From a virus (taxonomy: Duplodnaviria; Heunggongvirae; Uroviricota; Caudoviricetes): a DNA stretch of 36,545 bases. Every line of letters begins with the position of its first letter. Within the stretch, counting starts at the first letter, position 1. A program made the position numbers and the translations under genes. Of the stretch, positions 19,593 to 26,660 are shown piece after piece. The notes beneath the pieces are model-generated. The model did no database searches, had not been told where the DNA came from, and saw nothing but the letters and a program-made list of their open reading frames with translations. The stretch lies in IMG/VR virus record IMGVR_UViG_2585427736_000013. The stretch is one strand, 5' to 3'.

Positions 19593-20429
19593 TCAGAAGT
19601 CAGCCAGCTGGTCGGAGGCTGCGCCCGTTGCGGCGAAGCGGTTCTGCGGATCGCCGTCCTGCGTGCGCAGTTTTTCCTTCAGTGCTGCCAGCTCTGTGGT
19701 CAGTGACGTGATTTTCTGGCGGTCCTGCTGATGGCGGGTTTCCAGCACATTAAAACGGTCGATAATGTCGGCCTGTGACGTTGCGACGCCTTCCACCGCT
19801 TCCTGAATACGGGAGAAACTGGCGTCATCCGCTTTGCGCCCACGACCAATAATCCCCATTACGCGGTTAAACCACTGGGTGCCTTCTTCCTGGCGTTGTT
19901 CTGCCATTTCGATGATTTCAGACTCGATGGCTTCGGAGATAAGCGGTGCTTCACCCTGGATACTGTTGAACGTCATCACCGCCTGACGTTGCTGTGCCGT
20001 GAATTTCAGGCGCTCAGTGCCCAGGCTTGCCGGGGTGTCGGTCATCGCCAGCCCGACCAGATAGGCGCGCCCGTTAACGGAGAACTGCGGGTGCAGTTCG
20101 ATACTGGAATAGATTTTCTTGCCGTCAGCGACAAGCTGCTTCATGCGCTCGGTCGGTTCGATTTCTGCATACAGCGCAGTACGTCCGGCCAGCGGACCTT
20201 CCGTAATGTCTTCCGTACTCAGTGCGGTGACATCGCCCATTGCGGAAAATTCGCTTGACGGGCATGGCGAGAGATAGTGCTCAACGTTCACGCGGGCAGC
20301 GTAAACATCCGGGTTGAAGTTCTCGGCGGCTTCACGCAGATGCACCGGACTGATTTCACGGCCATCAACAGTTGATCCGGAGACAGCCACGCGAAACTTT
20401 TTGCGGGATGTCTTTTTTTCATTAGCCAT
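19593..20429 (-). CDS. O: capsid scaffolding protein O
   Basis: Track frame 19593..20462; start preferred at ATG (rc of 20427-20429, MANEKK) with AGAGGGG Shine-Dalgarno; the upstream ATG lacks one. Confidence 0.88.
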   Translation of the reverse strand: MANEKKTSRKKFRVAVSGSTVDGREISPVHLREAAENFNPDVYAARVNVEHYLSPCPSSEFSAMGDVTALSTEDITEGPLAGRTALYAEIEPTERMKQLVADGKKIYSSIELHPQFSVNGRAYLVGLAMTDTPASLGTERLKFTAQQRQAVMTFNSIQGEAPLISEAIESEIIEMAEQRQEEGTQWFNRVMGIIGRGRKADDASFSRIQEAVEGVATSQADIIDRFNVLETRHQQDRQKITSLTTELAALKEKLRTQDGDPQNRFAATGAASDQLADF

Positions 20430-20583
20430 AGTTTTTGCCCCTCTGACTGGTTCTTCAGTCATGATGGCAAAGCGTAACAGGCTGATACAAAGGGCTTTTG
20501 TTGTAAGAAAACGGCCAGAACAGGGGGTTAAGGAGAACAGTTTCGCGCGCGGGTAATCTTCCTGTAATTACTCAGGGGGAGCA
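20430..20583. promoter_or_regulatory. divergent late promoter region between O and P
   Basis: 154-bp gap between divergent capsid and terminase operons; TGT/ACA-containing element at about 20494-20527. Confidence 0.45.
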
Positions 20584-22335
20584 ATGATTCAGGACGCTTT
20601 TGTGCGCCAGCGTGCGCGGCAACTTTACTGGCAGGGTTATCCGCCCGCAGAAATATCACGTCTGATGGGAATAAACCCGAACACGATTTATGCGTGGAAA
20701 AAACGCGACCAGTGGGATGAAACGCCACCCGTGCAGCGTGTCACGCAGTCCATCGATGCGCGCCTCATCCAGCTTACTGAAAAACAGAATAAAACAGGCG
20801 GTGACTTTAAGGAAATAGACCTGCTGACCCGGCAGCTTAAAAAACTGCATGATGGCCAGCCGGATGCGACGGCCACAGGAAAGAAAGGCCGGGCGAAAAA
20901 ACTCAAAAATCATTTCACGCCGGAACAGATTGCCGCACTGCGGGAAAAAATCATCAGCAGGCTGGAGTGGCATCAGCGGGGCTGGTTTGACTCCCTGACC
21001 CTTTGCAGGGAAGCCGGGATACGTAACAGGATGATCCTGAAATCCCGACAGATTGGGGCGACCTGGTATTTTGCACAGGAAGCACTGCTGATGGCGCTGC
21101 GTGACGATGTGGCGCAACCTTACCAGCGTAACCAGATTTTTTTGTCTGCGTCGCGTCGTCAGGCGTTCCAGTTTAAAAGCATTATTCAGAAGGCCGCGGC
21201 TGAAGTTGATGTGGAGCTGAAAGGGGGCGATAAAATCATCCTCTCCAACGGCGCAGAGCTGCATTTTCTCGGCACTTCTGCTGCGTCGGCACAGTCCTAT
21301 ACGGGCAATTTTTATTTTGATGAATTTTTCTGGGTCAGTCGCTTTGCTGAATTGCGCAAGGTGGCTGGCGCTATGGCAACCCTCAGCGGACTGCGGCGCA
21401 CCTATTTCTCCACGCCATCCACCGAAACGCACGAGGCATACGCCTACTGGAACGGCGACCGCTGGAACGAGAAAAAGGCCTCGCATAAACGCCAGCGTTT
21501 TTCTGTGGACTGGAAAACGCTGCATAACGGGCTTATCTGCCCTGACCGGACGTGGCGGCAAATTGTCACGCTGGAAGATGTGGTTAATCACGGCTGGAAA
21601 CACACCGATATCGACGAAATTCGTGATGAAAACACCGAAGACGAGTTCCTCAATCTCTATATGTGTGAGTTTGTCCGCGAAGGGGAATCGGCATTTAACC
21701 TGAATATCCTGATTGGCTGCGGTGTTGACGGATACGACGACTGGAAAGACTGGAAACCTTTTGCTCCCCGCCCGATGGGGAATCGTTCGGTATGGATTGG
21801 GTATGACGCAAACGGCAGCAGTGGCAACGGCGACAGCGGCGCTGTGTCCGTGGTGGTTCCTCCGGCTGTTCCTGGTGGCCGTTTTCGAACGGTGGAGACG
21901 AGACGCGTTCAGGGGCTGGAGTTTGAAGAACAGGCCAGAGTCATTGAAGAGTTCACGTATCGCTACAACGTGGAACACATCGGCATTGATGTGACGGGCG
22001 GGAACGGGGAGGCTGTTTATCAGATAGTGAAACGGTTTTTCCCTGCTGCTATTCCGTACACCTTCACGCTGTCATCAAAACGGTCGCTGGTACTGAAAAT
22101 GCTGCAAATAATGCGTGCCGGGCGATGGGAATACGATCGCGCCGAACGCGAGCTGGTCGCGGCCTTTAACGCCGTGCGTAAGGTGAAAACACCGGGCGGC
22201 TTTATCACTTACGAAACGGACCGCGCGAGGGGGATCAGCCACGGCGACCTTGCGTGGGCAACCATGCTTGCTGTCATTAACGAACCGATTGGCGGCGAAG
22301 GAGAAAACGAGCGTTTCACGGTTATGGAGTTCTGA
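20584..22335 (+). CDS. P: terminase large (ATPase) subunit P
   Basis: 583 aa; GGGGGA Shine-Dalgarno; size and position of P2 P. Confidence 0.95.
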   Translation: MIQDAFVRQRARQLYWQGYPPAEISRLMGINPNTIYAWKKRDQWDETPPVQRVTQSIDARLIQLTEKQNKTGGDFKEIDLLTRQLKKLHDGQPDATATGKKGRAKKLKNHFTPEQIAALREKIISRLEWHQRGWFDSLTLCREAGIRNRMILKSRQIGATWYFAQEALLMALRDDVAQPYQRNQIFLSASRRQAFQFKSIIQKAAAEVDVELKGGDKIILSNGAELHFLGTSAASAQSYTGNFYFDEFFWVSRFAELRKVAGAMATLSGLRRTYFSTPSTETHEAYAYWNGDRWNEKKASHKRQRFSVDWKTLHNGLICPDRTWRQIVTLEDVVNHGWKHTDIDEIRDENTEDEFLNLYMCEFVREGESAFNLNILIGCGVDGYDDWKDWKPFAPRPMGNRSVWIGYDANGSSGNGDSGAVSVVVPPAVPGGRFRTVETRRVQGLEFEEQARVIEEFTYRYNVEHIGIDVTGGNGEAVYQIVKRFFPAAIPYTFTLSSKRSLVLKMLQIMRAGRWEYDRAERELVAAFNAVRKVKTPGGFITYETDRARGISHGDLAWATMLAVINEPIGGEGENERFTVMEF

Positions 22336-23381
22336 TGAGCAGAAAAAATAAAAAAATGCGCATGAGTTCACGCATTGATCTCGCTGATGCGCTCAGGAAA
22401 GAATCATCGCTCAGTGCATTCACATTTGATGGTCCTTATTGCCTGACCGGGCATGACCTGCTGGACAATATGTACTGTGCTGATAACGGGCGGTGGTATG
22501 AAACCCCGGTGGACTGGTACGGTCTGGCAAGAGCCGCCCGGCAAACGTCCTGGCATCAGTCTGCGCTTTACTTTAAGCGCAATGTATTGCTCGGTTGCTA
22601 CATCCCGCACCCGCTGCTTTCCCGGCAGGATTTCTCGGCGCTGGCGCTGGACTGGTTTGTGTTCGGTAACGCATTCCTTGAGCTTCGGAGCAATATGCTC
22701 GGCGAACCGCTTAAATTACGGCACGCCCTGGCGAAATACATGCGACGCGGAAGTGATCTTGAATCATGGTGGTATGTGCAGGATGGCAAGGATGCGTTTC
22801 AGTTTCGCCCTGGCAAAGTGTGCCACCTGATGAATCCGGACATTAACCAGGAAATCTACGGCATGCCGGAATATCTTGGCGCATTACTCTCGGCCAGCCT
22901 GTCTCATTCGGCGGACATGTTCAGAAAACTGTATTACGACAACGGCTCCCACGCCGGGTGCATCATCTACATCGGTGCAGCGCAGGTAAACCGCGAAAGC
23001 ATGGACTCCCTGAAAGAAACGTTACAGGGGGCACGTGGTGGTGGTGCGTTTAAAAACGTGCTCATTCATGCGCCCAACGGGGGCAAAGAGGGGGTGCAAA
23101 TTTTGCCGTTCCAGCAGATCACCGCAAAAGATGAGTTCATGAATGTTAAGGCGGCATCCCGTGATGATGTGCTGGCTGCGCACCGCGTTCCGCCGCAACT
23201 GATGGGGGCGATGCCGGGCGAAAAAAGTGCGTTTGGTGATGTGGAGAAGGCCGCGCGGGTTTACGCAATTAACGAGCTGATGCCCGTCATGGAGGCCATG
23301 AAGCACATCAATGACTGGCTCGGCGAAGAGGTGATCCGCTTTAACCCTTACGCACTGTTAGACACCCAGCCCACATCCTGA
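22335..23381 (+). CDS. Q: portal protein Q
   Basis: 348 aa; start overlaps P stop (TGATG). Confidence 0.95.
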   Translation: MSRKNKKMRMSSRIDLADALRKESSLSAFTFDGPYCLTGHDLLDNMYCADNGRWYETPVDWYGLARAARQTSWHQSALYFKRNVLLGCYIPHPLLSRQDFSALALDWFVFGNAFLELRSNMLGEPLKLRHALAKYMRRGSDLESWWYVQDGKDAFQFRPGKVCHLMNPDINQEIYGMPEYLGALLSASLSHSADMFRKLYYDNGSHAGCIIYIGAAQVNRESMDSLKETLQGARGGGAFKNVLIHAPNGGKEGVQILPFQQITAKDEFMNVKAASRDDVLAAHRVPPQLMGAMPGEKSAFGDVEKAARVYAINELMPVMEAMKHINDWLGEEVIRFNPYALLDTQPTS

Positions 23382-23906
23382 CGCGCTTCGCTTGTCTGCT
23401 GCTTCGCCGGGGCATAAAAAATTTATGCCCCGACTCTCCAGCTCCTGTATCAGTCAGATAATTTCACGACGCTTTCCTGCTTATTGCCATCATCGACGGT
23501 CAGACTCTTACGCAATCCCACCGCGTTGACTGCGTGTTCTCGCCGCCTCAGTGCGATTTTGACGGCCTTACCTTTCACCCCATCAAATCAGAATCCCTCA
23601 CGTATTTTTCACGCTCAGCGTGAGAAATACGGCCATTCTGTCGTGTCGCTGCGACATCGTTAAGGGAACGCTATTTACCCCCTGAAACGCGGGCTGTTCC
23701 CCCGTCACCTGCGCGCAGAAAAAAACGCGTTTTTTTGTGCACGCACGGATCCTTGACGGATCCAGCCGCCATGCGGGCCGGAAGGGTAAAAAGTCGTTCA
23801 AAAAAATTGTGCAAATTTGTGCACTATTGTGCGGTGTATAAAATGAAAATATGGCGGTGTTATTACTGCCCAACAAGTAGTTATACTTACGTTATGGGCG
23901 TGCATA
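23382..23906. other. cos-proximal non-coding region (cos inferred, not mapped)
   Basis: 525 bp without a credible ORF directly after portal gene Q, where P2-type genomes place cos; 11-bp-arm palindrome 23408-23432, 15-bp-arm inverted repeat 23601-23631, palindrome 23644-23656, A7CGCGT7 palindrome 23719-23736. Confidence 0.35.
23807..23842 (+). promoter_or_regulatory. three phased direct repeats TTGTGC(A/G) plus -10-like TATAAA upstream of phd-doc
   Basis: Repeats begin at 23807, 23817 and 23827 (exact 10-bp phasing); TATAAA at 23837-23842. Confidence 0.4.
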
Positions 23907-24263
23907 ATGGAAATGAATATGAAAACTGTAACTGATGATGAATTTCGTGAGAACCTGAGTGAAATTCTGGATTACCTTTCTTCCGGTGGCAGTGTCGTTA
24001 TCACGGCGCAGGGAGGGAAGGATGTTGTTCTTGCTGGTTCTGATCTTAGTCCTGAAATACGGGCTGTCCTTGGCAAAACCAAAAAACTGCGGGATCAAAT
24101 AAACAAAATGAAGCAACCACTCTTAATAAATGCAGTGAGAGATCTGGAAAAACGTCATCCAGCTCTTGTCGCACAGAGAAAAAAAGGATTGTCTTTTGAA
24201 GATGCAATGAAGCGTACAAGAGAAAAACATGCGGATATCATTAAAAAGCTTGAGGATAACTGA
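23907..24263 (+). CDS. phd: Phd/YefM-type antitoxin (long form, 118 aa)
   Basis: N-terminal region resembles the Phd/YefM fold (FRENLSEILDYLSSGGSVVITAQGGKDVVLA); stop overlaps doc start (TGATG); three in-frame ATGs within 12 nt, so the exact start is uncertain. Confidence 0.7.
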   Translation: MEMNMKTVTDDEFRENLSEILDYLSSGGSVVITAQGGKDVVLAGSDLSPEIRAVLGKTKKLRDQINKMKQPLLINAVRDLEKRHPALVAQRKKGLSFEDAMKRTREKHADIIKKLEDN

Positions 24264-24670
24264 TGGACATAGTGTTTTTGTCAAAAGAACAAGTAGAACG
24301 TATCCATGCTGAAACTTTACCCCAGAGCGGAAATGCCAATGACGGGCTACTTGAAGGTGCTTTAAATCGCGTCAGGACACTACACTACTATGAAGGGGTT
24401 GATGATATTCATGCTCTGGCTGCTATGTATTTGATTGGTATAGCTAAGGCTCATGCCTTTCATGATGGGAATAAACGCACAGCTTTTCAGGCTGCATCAA
24501 TATTTTTAATGATGAACTCTTCCGAACTTTCAAACTCCCTGCTGCTGGTTAAATTAACGGTGTTTTCAGCAATGGGGATAGCTACCCTTGAGGAAGTTAC
24601 CTTTGCTTTGAAATTGCTGTCTGATTATGGCAATGAATTAATCAGCGACTACGAAGAAGATTATATTTAA
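24263..24670 (+). CDS. doc: Doc (death-on-curing) Fic-fold toxin
   Basis: 135 aa containing the Doc-type motif HAFHDGNKRTA. Confidence 0.85.
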   Translation: MDIVFLSKEQVERIHAETLPQSGNANDGLLEGALNRVRTLHYYEGVDDIHALAAMYLIGIAKAHAFHDGNKRTAFQAASIFLMMNSSELSNSLLLVKLTVFSAMGIATLEEVTFALKLLSDYGNELISDYEEDYI

Positions 24671-24836
24671 TGCTGGCATACTCTGTCGTGTTAAGACAAC
24701 AGCCTTTGCGGAGACAGGGCAGGGTGCCAGACTTGCCCGCAGCGCGTCTGACATGAGCAGTTATTCATCTTTTTTATTGTTTTTCTCCATGCATGGCGAC
24801 AGTGCGCCCCGATAAAATTAAAAGCCGTCAAATTCG

Positions 24837-25172
24837 TCATTCATGCGTTTTTTCTTCATGGTCTGTCACTTCTCTCCTGATAAATTCATTGCACAAATCA
24901 ACGCACTCATTGCAGATGTAAACAGACGGTCCGGCAATCAGCTTTGTGACTTCGTACTGGGATTTATTGCAGAAGCTGCAATAAATCGTCTTCTCGCCTG
25001 AAGTCCATGTTTTGCTGGTTTCGCCAGACATCAGTTGTTTGATGTCTTTTTCACGACGAAGAACTATCCGGCCACATTCAGCTATTTTTTGGATGTTGAC
25101 ATTTTCTTCTTTCGCCAGCGCTTCCATTCGCTCAATCAGTCGCTGCGCTTTTTCTCTGTCAATGTGTTGCAT
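24837..25172 (-). CDS. small protein with C-terminal ClpX-type C4 zinc-binding domain
   Basis: 111 aa; residues 64-100 ([38 protein letters not shown]) closely match the N-terminal zinc-binding domain of ClpX as recalled; AAGGGG Shine-Dalgarno. Confidence 0.8.
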   Translation of the reverse strand: MQHIDREKAQRLIERMEALAKEENVNIQKIAECGRIVLRREKDIKQLMSGETSKTWTSGEKTIYCSFCNKSQYEVTKLIAGPSVYICNECVDLCNEFIRREVTDHEEKTHE

Positions 25173-25206
25173 TGTGTCCCCTTTGTTTATGTTCCCGGAT
25201 TAAAGT

Positions 25207-25230
25207 CATCAGGGCGGATGCGCCCTGATG
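25207..25230 (-). terminator. strong hairpin between parR and the zinc-binding-domain gene
   Basis: perfect 10-bp stem CATCAGGGCG/CGCCCTGATG with 4-nt loop, 6 nt past the parR stop; weak U-tract. Confidence 0.4.
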
Positions 25231-25235
25231 TTGTG

Positions 25236-25547
25236 TTATTCGGGAAATAATGCCCGGATATTTCCGGCCATCTGACTGGTTATCTGTGCGGTTGGTACTG
25301 GCTGTGACACGGGGCGTTCTGTCCTGGTTTGTGTCAGGGATAACGCTTCATCGTCAGCCCATGCAGCCAGTCGGTAAGCCTCTGCCGGATTAATTTTCAT
25401 AAGTGCCAGTCCGGCCAGAAAAGCCACGCGTTGACCACTTTTGCGGGCTTCTGGTGTAAGGCTGTCCAGCCAGGCGCATGCTTCGCCTTCGTTCTTGACG
25501 GCGGCGGGCTTCAGATAGAAACTTATCCGTCTGGTTGGTGTCGTCAT
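25236..25547 (-). CDS. parR: ParR/StbB-like centromere-binding protein
   Basis: Track frame 25236..25682; start placed at ATG (rc of 25545-25547) with AAGGAG Shine-Dalgarno just after parM stop; N-terminus resembles plasmid R1 ParR as recalled. Confidence 0.7.
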   Translation of the reverse strand: MTTPTRRISFYLKPAAVKNEGEACAWLDSLTPEARKSGQRVAFLAGLALMKINPAEAYRLAAWADDEALSLTQTRTERPVSQPVPTAQITSQMAGNIRALFPE

Positions 25548-25551
25548 TGGT

Positions 25552-26511
25552 TTACTCCTTGTCCATTGCGTACAGCCCATTAACCAGAGCAAACTGTGGC
25601 ACCCCGTCCGCGATGAAAGTCGCATTAACTCCGCAGGCTTCGCGGATAGCGGGTGCCACAATCTCCGCCCCGCCACCGACAACCATCACCCGCCCGTAAC
25701 CCGAAAAACCCGCCAGCGCGCGGATCACGCGTTGTTTCAGTGTTTCTTCCTTTTCACGAATAACCGCCATCAGGCTGGCGTAATGCGCGTCATTGTGGAT
25801 GTGCTGGCGCAACCAGGCTTCATCATGGCGATGTTCGATAATGGTATTGGCGATGTGGTGACTGGTACGCATACCGTTAGTGGCCATCACCGACAGTACG
25901 GCATCGGCCATCAGGGAAACGCCTACGTGTGGATCGCAAAACACCTGGCTGATACCTGCCAGTTGCCCCTGAACCTTTGCCACATCCAGTGTGGTTCCGC
26001 CTAAATCCACAATCAGCAGGGATTCAAACGGACTCATGTCAGCCAGTGCCTTAAAGCCAGCCGGAATGGATTCAGGCATAACCCGTACGTTACGGATAGT
26101 GAATGCTTCGCCGTTCTGGTACTCCACCGGGCGCATGACGTTCGCTTTTTTGCGGTTGATGTTGGCCATGTCCGGCTGTGCGTTTGTGTCGAAATATTCG
26201 CTCAGTGGCAGGGTGACAACCACATCCACTTCCTGTGGTGTGATGCCTGATTTGACCAGCGCGTGGTGAATGGCGATTACATTCACATCGCTGTACTGGT
26301 ATTGCGTGTCGGTCGTCTGGACAAAGCGATCGCTGACCGGATCAAAACCATAGCGCACGCCATCAAGCATGTAGTTCGCGGGCTGCGTGCCACCGAACGG
26401 CGCAGACCATTCCGACTTGAAGCTGTTCGGGCTGATGGCGTTGCGGCGTTCGCCGTTCTCAGTCCATGCCAGCTTGATGTTGGTGGAGCCGTCGTCGATA
26501 CAAATTTTCAT
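25552..26511 (-). CDS. parM: ParM/StbA-like actin-type segregation ATPase
   Basis: 319 aa; extended similarity to plasmid R1 ParM as recalled (IDDGSTNIKL, ISPNSF, QYSDVNV, RKKANV, VMPESIPAG, LLIVDLGGTTLD, GGGAE, LVNGLY). Confidence 0.85.
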   Translation of the reverse strand: MKICIDDGSTNIKLAWTENGERRNAISPNSFKSEWSAPFGGTQPANYMLDGVRYGFDPVSDRFVQTTDTQYQYSDVNVIAIHHALVKSGITPQEVDVVVTLPLSEYFDTNAQPDMANINRKKANVMRPVEYQNGEAFTIRNVRVMPESIPAGFKALADMSPFESLLIVDLGGTTLDVAKVQGQLAGISQVFCDPHVGVSLMADAVLSVMATNGMRTSHHIANTIIEHRHDEAWLRQHIHNDAHYASLMAVIREKEETLKQRVIRALAGFSGYGRVMVVGGGAEIVAPAIREACGVNATFIADGVPQFALVNGLYAMDKE

Positions 26512-26660
26512 GTAGCTTTTCCTTATGTTGATTAATTAATCGGTTACAGGATTTTTAAATCCCGCTTTTGCCTGTTTTGTGCGCGCTTCATATATCGCGG
26601 CGCGTTTTTTGCTCATTTACGGGATTTGTGAGTCCCGTTTCTGTCTGTTTTTTGTTTCCA
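26512..26660. promoter_or_regulatory. candidate parC-like centromere/promoter region upstream of parM
   Basis: Two units of palindrome plus CTGTTTT-containing direct repeat (26547-26581 and 26620-26654) flanking a GC hairpin with T6 (26581-26610); the second unit overlaps the 3' end of gene A. Confidence 0.35.

Noticed and set aside
23598-23876. 92-aa minus-strand ORF in the cos-proximal region
   Set aside because: No ribosome-binding site, spans several palindromes, and has an implausible composition; the region is better interpreted as non-coding
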